This document shows positions 1 through 9,316 of a DNA stretch of 64,000 nt, piece by piece (the stretch's first letter is position 1; each line of letters begins with the position of its first letter). Where the stretch lies: the NCBI GenBank assembly GCA_044376115.1, contig JBILLK010000026.1, positions 32,001 to 96,000 of the forward strand, in the 5' to 3' direction. The position numbers and the translations under genes are program-made. Under the pieces are notes generated by a model. That model did no database searches. It was not told the DNA's origin and saw only the letters and a list, made by a program, of their open reading frames with translations. The stretch is from Polyangiaceae bacterium. GTDB lineage: Bacteria; Myxococcota_A; Polyangia; Polyangiales; Polyangiaceae.

Positions 1-61
1 CGTGTTCGCCGATGAACTGCCGAAGGACCTCGTCTACAAGCTCAGCTACGTGCGCAAGTAA
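1..61 (+). CDS. 3' end of a gene running in from the left edge (...VFADELPKDLVYKLSYVRK*)
   Basis: Open frame from nt 2 with GC3-rich codons, ending at TAA 59-61; too short to assign a product. Confidence 0.55.
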   Translation, partial: VFADELPKDLVYKLSYVRK

Positions 62-63
62 CG

Positions 64-999
64 TCAGAAGGCGAGCCGTAACAGCGTGCTCGCCTCACGG
101 CTTTCGAGCTTGCGCAGCGTCGCCTCGTAGGCCGCCTGCGCGACCGCCGCAGCGCGCGCCACGTCCATCGGGTCGCGGCCCATCAACGTAAGCAGCGCGC
201 CCTCCGGCTCGAGTGTCAGCACCGGCAGGCTGCGCTCGAGCCGTCGCCGCTCGAGCGCGAGCAACGCGCGCATCGGCGTGAACATCGAGAGCGGCGCGCT
301 TACGATCACGAGATCGAGCGGGCGCTCGGCGAGCAGATCGAGGTGCGTCCCTGAAGCGACGCCACCGTCGACATAACGCTGGCCCTGCCAATCGACCGGC
401 TTGTACACGCCGGGCACCGCCGAGGAGCAGCTCACCGCGGTGCCCAGATCGATGCTCGGCGCGCCCTCGGCGCCAAAGGCGATGCGCTCCCCGCGATCGA
501 GCTCCACCGCCGTAATCAACGTCTCTCGCTCGGGCCAGGTTGCACCGAAGATCGTACGCAGCCCTTCGGCCTGCGCGTCGAGTCGCACGCGCCCGGCCGG
601 GAGCAACGCCGCGACCACGCGGCCCGGCCGCCACGCTCGCGGACGCGACAAAGCATGCAGCAGAAACCGCGGTGAGGCCGGCCAGGCGCTCTTCGGCAAC
701 GCAGCGTCGGGCGTCTTGTGGCAAGGCCGCAGATAGTGTCGCGCGATCGCTTGCGCCGCGTCGCTCAGCGGCGCGCCGGAGGCCCGCGCGGCTAGCTCCT
801 CGCCGGTCATACCAGCGCGCAACAGCGCAGCCACTTGCGCTCCGGCCGAGGTCCCCACGACCGTCGTCGCGAGCCGCGTATCCCAGCCCAAGTGGCGCTC
901 GAGCGCTGCGAGTACGCCGGCGTGATACGCGTGACCGACGGGCCCGCCCGCACCGAGCACCAAGCCGATCTTCGGCGTACGCTGCTGTGGGCTGTTCAC
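64..999 (-). CDS. Patatin-like phospholipase
   Basis: Gly-rich LGAGGPVG, nucleophile elbow GTSAG and catalytic DGG (YVDGG). GTG start at 999 chosen just before the domain. Confidence 0.9.
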   Translation of the reverse strand: MNSPQQRTPKIGLVLGAGGPVGHAYHAGVLAALERHLGWDTRLATTVVGTSAGAQVAALLRAGMTGEELAARASGAPLSDAAQAIARHYLRPCHKTPDAALPKSAWPASPRFLLHALSRPRAWRPGRVVAALLPAGRVRLDAQAEGLRTIFGATWPERETLITAVELDRGERIAFGAEGAPSIDLGTAVSCSSAVPGVYKPVDWQGQRYVDGGVASGTHLDLLAERPLDLVIVSAPLSMFTPMRALLALERRRLERSLPVLTLEPEGALLTLMGRDPMDVARAAAVAQAAYEATLRKLESREASTLLRLAF

Positions 1000-1096
1000 G
1001 GTGCGCCGAAGGTAAGGACCGCCCAGCGTGAAACAAGGCCTGTGCGCGCTTTGCACCCCTGCCCTCACCTGGTCTCGCGCTTGCTCTCTCAACACC

Positions 1097-2536
1097 ATGG
1101 AACGACTCTCGGGTCTCGACGCGGGGTTCCTCTATCTCGAAACCCCAACCTTGCTGATGCACACGCTCAAGCTGGTGTTGCTCCCTCCGCTCGACGACCC
1201 AGCCAACGCGCGCGAGCGGTTGATCGCCGCGACGCGCAAGAGGTTGCACCTTTTTCCGCTGCTGAGGCGTCGCTTGTTGGCGGTTCCACTTGGGCTCCAC
1301 CATCCGCTGTGGAGCGAGAGCGTGGAGGTCGACGTTGCGCGGCATGTGTTGTGTAAACGCGTGCGCGCACCCGGCGGACCTCGCGAGCTGGATTCGGCGA
1401 TCGCCGCGATCGCCAGTCAGCCGCTGGAGCGAAGTCTACCGCTGTGGGAGCTGTGGCTGCTCGAGGGGCGTGCGGATCGCGCGCTGGCGGTATTGGTAAA
1501 AATGCACCATGCGCTGGCCGACGGCGCGACCGCCTTGCGTCTACTCGAAGCGGTGACCTCGGAGGATCGCGGCAGCGAGCCAATCGCCCAGCCGAGCACG
1601 CGCTGGCAAGCCGAGCCGGTGCCGTCGAGCGCGTCGCTCATGCGAAGGGCGGTCGCCGATCGTTTGCGAGAGGCGGCTCAGCTACCAGCGCTGGTCAAGC
1701 GAACCTGGAAGGCGGTTACAGACTTGCGCGCGCACCGGCTCACGCCGCGTCCGCCGCGTCCGATGCTCGATGCGCCGCGCACGTCGTTCAATGGCGCGAT
1801 CAGCGCTCACCGCTCGCTCGCAACCGTCGCTCTACCGCTCGCCTTGGCTATGCGTGTGAAGGCCAGCGCCCGGGTCAGCTTGAACGACGTGATCCTGGCG
1901 TTGGTTGGCTCGGCCTTGCGCAGCTACTTGCAAGCCAACGGCGAACTTCCGGAGCGCGCGCTGATCGCCAGCGTGCCCAGCTCGTCCGAGAGCGAGCCGA
2001 GCACGCAGCTCTCCGGCAATCACGTCTCCAGCCTGTTCACTACGCTGGCCACCGACGTCGCCGACGACTGGCAACGTCTGCTCGTGATCCACCAAGTCAC
2101 ACAGCAGGCTAAACAAGTGCAAGCGCTCGTACCTGCGTCGCTGCTCGGCGATTGGTTGCAATACGCGATGCCCAAGCCGGCTTCGTGGGTCGTCGACCAA
2201 TGGTCGCGCTGGCAGCTCGCCGACTATGTACCGCCGCCGGTCAACGTGGTGGTCTCCTTCGTCCGCGGACCAAGCGAACTGCGCTTCATCGAAGGAAGGC
2301 CGCTGCGCGCGATCTACTCGGTGGGCCCCATTCTCGAGGGCATCGGGCTCAACATCACCGTGTGGAGCTACTTGGACAAGCTCCACTTCAGCGTACTCGC
2401 ATGCAAAGACCTGACGCCCGATCCGCAGCGAATCAGCGCAGGAATCGCCGTTGCACTCGACAACCTTGTAAAAGTGGCCTCGCTAGGAAGAAGCCCAGGC
2501 TCGAGCAGGCTTCCCATGACGGCGTTGTCCCCTTAG
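1097..2536 (+). CDS. Wax ester synthase / diacylglycerol acyltransferase (WS/DGAT family)
   Basis: N-terminus MERLSGLDAGFLYLETP, active-site HHALADG (HHxxxDG), SLNDVILA and C-terminal GIGLNITVWSY. Confidence 0.93.
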   Translation: MERLSGLDAGFLYLETPTLLMHTLKLVLLPPLDDPANARERLIAATRKRLHLFPLLRRRLLAVPLGLHHPLWSESVEVDVARHVLCKRVRAPGGPRELDSAIAAIASQPLERSLPLWELWLLEGRADRALAVLVKMHHALADGATALRLLEAVTSEDRGSEPIAQPSTRWQAEPVPSSASLMRRAVADRLREAAQLPALVKRTWKAVTDLRAHRLTPRPPRPMLDAPRTSFNGAISAHRSLATVALPLALAMRVKASARVSLNDVILALVGSALRSYLQANGELPERALIASVPSSSESEPSTQLSGNHVSSLFTTLATDVADDWQRLLVIHQVTQQAKQVQALVPASLLGDWLQYAMPKPASWVVDQWSRWQLADYVPPPVNVVVSFVRGPSELRFIEGRPLRAIYSVGPILEGIGLNITVWSYLDKLHFSVLACKDLTPDPQRISAGIAVALDNLVKVASLGRSPGSSRLPMTALSP

Positions 2537-2545
2537 CGTTGCGGA

Positions 2546-5500
2546 ATGGCCAGAACCGCACCGGTGCCGAACATTCCTCCCCTCCCCGGAATGTGCCCCA
2601 GCATTGCCGTCCTCGGTGGCGGCGGAGACGGCGGTGGTAGCGGGGGGCGCGGCGCGGGCGACGGAAATGGGAATGGTCCCGGAAACGGCGACGGAAGCGG
2701 CGATAACGCCAATGGCGACGGAAGCGGAACAGGCTCATGCGGCAACGGCTCGGCGGGTGGCTGCTCCAGCTGCTCGTCGGGTACCGCCGCAGGTGACCCA
2801 GTCGACGTGACCTCAGGCAATACCTTTACCGTTCCGCACCGAGACTTGTTCCTGCCAGGGCCCTTCTGTCTGGACCTTCGCCGCTCCTATTCAGCGTCGC
2901 TGCGCGACTCGGACTTCGGCCTTGGCCACGGCTGGATGCTCACGATTAGCTGCAGGCTGGAAGAGCACGCCTTCATCTCGTGCTCTTCACCGGTGACGGC
3001 AAACGCATCATTTTGCCGCGTCTCGAGCACGACGGAGAAGAGTCGACCTCTGGCGGGTGGGCTGTCCGCCGCATCGATGGTGGCTATAGCGTTCGCCCTG
3101 GCAACGAGTTCATTCATTGGTTCCAGCGACAGAGCCCTGACTCCGAGCGCTTCGACTTGGTGGCAATCAGCTACCGTCGCCGCGGCTCGATCGAGTTTGA
3201 GTACAAGACGCCGGGAGTACTGGCCAAAGTGCGCGACAGCGCAGGCCGCGAGATCATCTTTACCAGCGACAAGGGTCGCACCACGAGCATCCACGTACCT
3301 GCGCCTGACGGCACCTCGATCACCTTCGCCCGTTACACCTATGACGAGCATGGGGACCTCGTCCATTTCGTCGATGCTGACGGCAATGCCACGCGCTACT
3401 CGTACGACCAACACAGGCTCGTCGCGATCGCCTATCCGAGCGGGCTTTTTGCTCGCTTTCGTTACGATTCGCAAGGCCGCTGCGTGGAGACCTGGTGCGA
3501 TCGCGACGGCCAGTCTGAGCCCGCGCTCGCAGACGACGCTCCGGAGCTTCTCGCCGACGGTCAGACCAAAGCGCGCGGCATCTACCACGCGCTCATCGAT
3601 TTTTCGGCCGATGGCTCGTCAGAGGTCACGGATTCGCGCGGCATACGGCGATTCGAGGCGTCGCCCGACGGCAAGGTCGGGAAGGCCGTGGATGCGCGCG
3701 GCGGTGTAATGACGCGTCAAACCAGCCCTACCGGTCACCTGCTCTCGCAGACAGACGCGAACGGCGCGGTTTCGACCTTCGACTATGACGAATTCGGCGA
3801 GCGCATCTTCGAGGGAGATCCGACCAGCGGTTCCATCAAGATGCGACGGGACGCCGGCGGTCGAATCGTTCAATACGTCGACGGCGCCGGCGGCACAGTG
3901 ACCTTCACGCGCGACGATGCGGGCGAGGTTCTGAGCGTTACCGATCAGAACGGAGCCGTTACACGCTTTACCAATGATGCTCGCGGACTACCGGTCGCCG
4001 TGCACGACGATCGAGGCGGCCAAACGCGCTACGAATACGACCAGCACGGAAACGCTGTTGAGCTATTGACGCCACTCGGCTCGGTCGTTCGCTTTCGCTT
4101 CGATTGGTGGGGACGGTGCACGAGCGAACAAGATCCAACGGGCGCGGTTAGGCGCTACGAGTACACGGCGTCGGGCCGTGTCAGCGCGATCCTGGATCCT
4201 TTGGGAGGGGTGACGTCCTTTGGCTACGACGGGATGGGCAACAAAACGAGCCATCGCCGACCCGACGGGACGACCACCACCGTTGCCTACGGCGGACTCA
4301 ATTGGGCCTACTGCACGAGCTATCCCGATGGCTCCGAGGTTCGCGTGACCTTCGACCGGGAGGGCGCTCCAATTCACGTTTGGAACGAACGCGGCGAGCG
4401 CTTCGATCTCATTCGAGACGCAACCGGGCTCATCATCGAAGAGCGCGACTTCACCGGCCGCGTCACGCGAATGAAGCGGGACAAGGTTGGTCATATCGTC
4501 AAGGTTTCGGAAGGACGTTTGCATCGCACCCTGACCCGCGATGCGCTCGGGAGGGTGATCGCCGAGGAGAACCAGGACGGCGAGCAGCACAGCTTCGAGT
4601 ACGACGCGCGAGGCGAACTCGTCGCCGCCAAGTCAGGCCCGACGGGGTTCCAATGGACGCGCGACGCGACCGGCGAAATCCTACGAGAGGAGCTGTTGAT
4701 TCGTGGGCTGCGCTACGAGGTCAACAAGCAGCGCACGCGCACGGGGGAGGTAGCGAGCCTGGAGACGTCGCTGGGCCATCAAGTTTGCTACACGCGCAAT
4801 GCGATGGGCCAGACCGTCCGCATCGACAGCGCAGGCAACACGGTGCTCGGTATCCAACGGGATTCGCGCGGTGCGCCGGTCGAACGTCATTTCGACGCTG
4901 GCGGCGCGATGGTCTCGCAATTCGATCCGCTCAAGCGGCTTGCGGCCCGTGAACTCGTAGCCGCGGGGACCAAACAAGACAACTCGCTGCCAGAACCTCT
5001 CCGCCGCTCGGGGACGCGACGTTATGCCTTTGAGTACACGCCGATCGATGAGGTCAAGAGTGTGTGGCGGCCCGACGGCTCAAGCGTCGAGTACACCTAC
5101 GACACACGCAGGCACGTCACGAGTGTCCGCTCCGGTGGCGCCATTCTCGCGGCGTTTCCTGCTGATTCAACAGGTCGATACGCAGAGGAGGGAGTGGGCG
5201 GCGGACGTCTGTACGAGGCCGGTGGAAAGCTGGTTGAGCGGGGTAAGCTTCGCTACAAGTACGACGACTACGGTCGCTTGATCGAACGCTGTAGCGTTCA
5301 AGATGACGGGCAGTGCGTGGACCTGACGCGCTTTGAGTGGAACGGCTGGGGCAATCTTGCAGCCGTAATTGCGCCTGACGGCGTACGCACCGAATTCGCA
5401 TACGATGCCTTTGCGCGTCGGCTCGAAAAGCGGGTCGTGAGCAAGAAGAAGGTCGTTGCTCAAAGTCACTTCGTTTGGGACCTCACGGCGGTGGTGCACG

Positions 5501-6438
5501 AGGTCGAAGTGAAGGGCGAAGACTGTGTGGCGAAGCACACCTTCTTGTTCGAGGACGAGCAGTGCGTAGAGCCAATCGCGGAACGGCGCGGTAGCGAGTG
5601 GGCCTACCACGTGTCGGACGTGAATGGCGCTCCACTCGAACTGGTGAACGGTAAGGGCCAACCCCTCGCCGAATTCGAACGCGGGCTGTTCGGCCATCTC
5701 CAGATGAAGCGCGGCTCCGCAATGACGCCCATCCGGTTCTCCGGTCAGTGGGCCGACGCAGAGACAGGGCTGCACTACAACCGCTATCGCTACTACGATC
5801 CCAACAGCGGTCGCTACATCTCCCCGGACCCGGTCGGGCTCTACGGTGGCTTGGAACTCTACGCCTACGGCCCCAACCCCGTGGCCTGGGTCGACCCGAT
5901 GGGTTGGACCCACTTCCTTCGAGTGACTGGTTTCGACCCCGCCGGAGCGCGCCACTCCGCGAGTGGCGCAGGCACCCGCCCAGTCGACTACGACTCGTGC
6001 CTCAACGCCAATAGCTGTCCCCGCGTGCTTTCACACCCGTCGGGTCATCTCGGACACAGCGAACAGACCTTTTGCCATGACCTGCTCCGAAGCGGAGAGG
6101 AGGGCGGAACCTACGGACTTCGAGGGTCACTTCCACCCTGTCCAAACTGCCACGGGGCAATGATGCGCACCGCGCACGAGACGAACTCAACCATTACCTA
6201 TCGTTGGGGTCAGCCGCCCAACAACAACAGCATCACCTACACCCCCACCGGGGTCCCACCCGGCAACTACCGCGGAAGCTCAGCCAGGGCACTACGCGAC
6301 GGTGGCTATGGCGCGACGGAGCTCACTGACGGCTGGACACGGCCGGCCTCGGGCGCAGCGCCTGCCCGCAGCGGCCGCGACACGTGGGGCGTCTCCCGGC
6401 CGCCGGGCACCTTCAGGACCTATTGGGACAACAAGTAG
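2546..6438 (+). pseudogene. Rhs/YD-repeat polymorphic toxin with C-terminal deaminase domain, split by one frameshift at ~2965-2980 (real lesion or sequencing error)
   Basis: Frame from 2546 encodes a Gly-rich N-terminus and a DUF6531-like block (GDPVDVTSG...DLFLPGP...RRSYS...FGLGHGW). Frame 2980-6438 encodes YD repeats, the Rhs core (RFSGQWADAETGLHYNRYRYYDP...GRYISPDPVG), PVAWVDPMG, then HSE...PPCPNC. Confidence 0.9.
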
Positions 6439-6501
6439 ACTGAGCGCTGCGGCGGAGAAGCTAATTGGTTGCTCGATCACGCAAGGGGCAAGCTGGAAGC
6501 A

Positions 6502-7434
6502 TCACGCGTTATCGAAGAAGTGATTCTCGATCAAGTTGATCTTCTGGCTTGGAACGTTGAGGAACTCGAGCAGCTTCTTGTTGGCAGCTGGCGTCTTCAG
6601 CTGCAGGCTGGCGCTCGACACCTTTCCCTTGAGAATCAAGAACGGCTGCTCGTCCAGCTTGGTTTGGATCACCCCTAGGCTCAGGGAGACTGCAGCAGTC
6701 GCAAGGCCACTAAGGTCGGGGATGAGGTGAGCAGATACGAGCACCACTGTCTCGAGCAGGGGTGCGTCTGCCAAGGATCCCAGGCGAGCCATACCCTTCG
6801 GCGAGTCGACACGGAGAAAGCGCAGGTTCGGTAGTCCGGCCAATCCGGCCAGTGAACCGAGTTTGCTGGGACTTAGTAGAATGAGCCGCTCAAGGAGCTT
6901 TGAGGCAGGGAGCGTTGTTGCAGTTGTGTTCTGAAGTGCAAGCTCCTGGAGCCCGGGCTGCGCGGCCACGAACGGAGCTCCGTCGTCACTCATTTTCGTC
7001 CAACCTAGCGAACGCAAGCGCGGCAGAGCCGCGAACTCGCTCACAGCCGGCAGATCAAGAACCAGTTGTTCGACGTTTGTGTCGCGTGGCAGCTCAGCGA
7101 ATGAGATCGGCTTCGTATGGGTCCTTATCGAGAGCCGCCGGACAGAATTAGGGAGCGCCCCAAGTCCCTCGAAACTGCGCCGCCCTCCTTCCAAGACAAC
7201 GAATGGAACACCCGCCGCATGTTGCAGTACGGACAGAGGAGCCTTCGAGCCAACGACCACGACCGTATTGGCGCCGTGACCATCGATCAACGTCCGCAGC
7301 TCGTGAACATCCTTCGTTGAGAGTTCTTGGGCGAGCAGCGCGATGCCACCCTTTGCCTTTGGGCTTAGCTTCTTGCCAGTCTGAAACACCGGTTCGTCGT
7401 GTTTAAAGAACGGTCGGGGAATTTCGTTTGCCAT
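6502..7434 (-). CDS. Leucine-rich-repeat-like protein, convergent with the Rhs toxin (candidate immunity protein)
   Basis: Repeated LxxLxL segments (LPRLRSLGW, LQELALQN, LPNLRFLRV, LLETVVL); ATG at 7434. Confidence 0.7.
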   Translation of the reverse strand: MANEIPRPFFKHDEPVFQTGKKLSPKAKGGIALLAQELSTKDVHELRTLIDGHGANTVVVVGSKAPLSVLQHAAGVPFVVLEGGRRSFEGLGALPNSVRRLSIRTHTKPISFAELPRDTNVEQLVLDLPAVSEFAALPRLRSLGWTKMSDDGAPFVAAQPGLQELALQNTTATTLPASKLLERLILLSPSKLGSLAGLAGLPNLRFLRVDSPKGMARLGSLADAPLLETVVLVSAHLIPDLSGLATAAVSLSLGVIQTKLDEQPFLILKGKVSSASLQLKTPAANKKLLEFLNVPSQKINLIENHFFDNA

Positions 7435-7464
7435 CGCCGCGCGAGGATATGAGATCGTCCCCGT

Positions 7465-7815
7465 ATGCGCCTGCAATTCCGACCTCTGCCCGGCTCCGAC
7501 TTCGAGGATCTAAGCGAGCTCCAGCGCGAGCAACTTGGGCCTCTGCTCGAGCAGGCCGAGTCAGACGGAGAAGGTGGCGCCGAGCTAATTGAACGCTTCG
7601 ACGTGCTCGATGAACACGGCCAGCACGTCTACGATCTCCATCTCTTCTGCGGTGAGGACGGCCAGCTGCACAAGGCCGGCACGCTCGAGTACGTAGCCTC
7701 CTTCTCGCAGGGGGCTGCCACCGGCAGAGATGACGAGAGCTTGCTCGCAGCGCTCGACGCAGCCTATGAGGCGTGGGCAACGGCACGGCGCGCGGATCGC
7801 AAAGCGACGCGATGA
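7465..7815 (+). CDS. Small acidic hypothetical protein
   Basis: 116-aa ORF with GC3-biased codons; ATGA overlap with the next gene. Confidence 0.7.
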   Translation: MRLQFRPLPGSDFEDLSELQREQLGPLLEQAESDGEGGAELIERFDVLDEHGQHVYDLHLFCGEDGQLHKAGTLEYVASFSQGAATGRDDESLLAALDAAYEAWATARRADRKATR

Positions 7816-9206
7816 AGACGCAGCAGCTCACCGCCATTCTGCTAAGCGCGCTCAGCGCTTGTTCGTCTTCTTCGGATCGACCCAACGGGGCTCTCCCCGG
7901 TGGCGGGCTCTCGGCCACGGTCTCCTGCGCCGATGGCAACAACATGCGGCTTCACCTCGCGCGGCTACGCTGGTCTCCCGAGGTCGAGAGCATTGCGATC
8001 TACGCCATGCCCACCGGCGCTGCAGGCGGGCTCGCCCCCGGCTCCCCGCAGCGACCTGTCTTGCGTTTCAGCGGCGGCGCGCCGTGCACCGGGGCCTGTG
8101 AAGCCGAGCGCGAGGCCGTCGCGCAAAGCTTCCTCAGCGGCGCAGCCGGCCAAGGCTGGGTCTACAGCGATGATCTCTTCCCAGACATGTACCAGCCGAG
8201 CGCCTTCGCGTTTGCGGTGGTGCGCCGCGGTGGCACGTCGCAACTGGTCGCAAGCTTAGACGGCTTGCGAGCCCACCTAGCCGGCCTCGACACGCCTGAC
8301 GAAGCACAGGCTTGGGCCGCCTTGCATCGGCTCGCCGCCACCTGCCGCAGCGCTCGCCCCAACGCACGCGCGGGCCAGGCTTGGCATGAGCTCACCACCG
8401 AATTCGAACGCTGCGAGCAGCGCCCGAGCGGCGCCGTCATGGCGCGCATCCAGGTCCTTCGCCGCGTGCACCGCGATGGGCGTATCGAGTCGGGCGCAGA
8501 GCAGGAGGTCAGCAGCACACCGACGCAGGGCTGCGCCGTACCGGGTCGCATGCCGTTAGCCGGGCTCGAGCTGCAAACCCACGACGGCTCCTTCGGCGCG
8601 CTGCTTGCGCAGCTCGCGCAGGCCGAGGCCGTTTCGGTGGTGGCCTTTCGCGAGCTCGCTGGCGCGCTCACCGCGGCAAACGCGCCCGCCGCGCTGATCG
8701 CCCGCGCCGAACGCGCAGCGGAAGATGAAGTACGGCACGCGGCGCTGATGAGCGCTCATGCGCGAAGGTATGGCGCCGTTGCGACGACGCCCAGCGCGAG
8801 GGAGAGGCGGTACCCATCGCTGCTGGCCCTTGCCCTTCACAACGCCGAGGAAGGCTGCGTGAATGAGACCTACGCAGCGCTCGTCACCCTGCATCAAGCG
8901 CGCTTCGCCGAGGACCTCGAGCTCCGCCTCGATCTGCACAGCATCGCCCAAGACGAGCTTGAACACGCCAGTTGGTCGCACGATCTGGACGCGTGGTTGC
9001 ACATGCACCTCACCGCGGCTGAGCAGCTGGCCGTCGCTGGGGCGAAGGATCGCGCGCTCAAGCGGCTGGCGTCGTGCGCAGCAGCCCCGAGCAACGCGGT
9101 GAGCTTGCGAGCGGGCCTACCCGAGCCGGAGGTCGCAACGCAGCTGCTAGCCGGCCTGCAGACATTGCTGCGTGAGGCCGGCCCACTCCCGTCCGCAGCA
9201 CACTAA
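7812..9206 (+). CDS. Lipoprotein with C-terminal ferritin-like (di-iron) domain, myxobacterial type
   Basis: Lipobox LSAC; CAVPGRMP linker; EAVSVVAF, DEVRHA, NAEEGCVNET and DELEHA (paired ExxH motifs). Confidence 0.85.
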   Translation: MKTQQLTAILLSALSACSSSSDRPNGALPGGGLSATVSCADGNNMRLHLARLRWSPEVESIAIYAMPTGAAGGLAPGSPQRPVLRFSGGAPCTGACEAEREAVAQSFLSGAAGQGWVYSDDLFPDMYQPSAFAFAVVRRGGTSQLVASLDGLRAHLAGLDTPDEAQAWAALHRLAATCRSARPNARAGQAWHELTTEFERCEQRPSGAVMARIQVLRRVHRDGRIESGAEQEVSSTPTQGCAVPGRMPLAGLELQTHDGSFGALLAQLAQAEAVSVVAFRELAGALTAANAPAALIARAERAAEDEVRHAALMSAHARRYGAVATTPSARERRYPSLLALALHNAEEGCVNETYAALVTLHQARFAEDLELRLDLHSIAQDELEHASWSHDLDAWLHMHLTAAEQLAVAGAKDRALKRLASCAAAPSNAVSLRAGLPEPEVATQLLAGLQTLLREAGPLPSAAH

Positions 9207-9316
9207 CTGCATCAACCCGCGAAGTTCGACACGGCGCATCGCTGTCACTCGCGCAAACGTCCTGCGGCAACCGACAAGGCACGCTGCTCGCGACAAGTCT
9301 TGCGTGAATCGCTTCT

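Noticed and set aside
2950..2990. Canonical programmed -1 frameshift or invertible switch in the Rhs gene
   Set aside because: No X XXY YYZ slippery heptamer or homopolymer run is present, and inverting the 9-nt loop would not change the frame. Only the hairpin coincidence is kept as a finding.
6469..6678. 69-aa plus-strand ORF just after the toxin as an immunity gene
   Set aside because: It lies almost wholly antisense to the LRR-like gene, has a weak start with no RBS, and reads as a shadow ORF.
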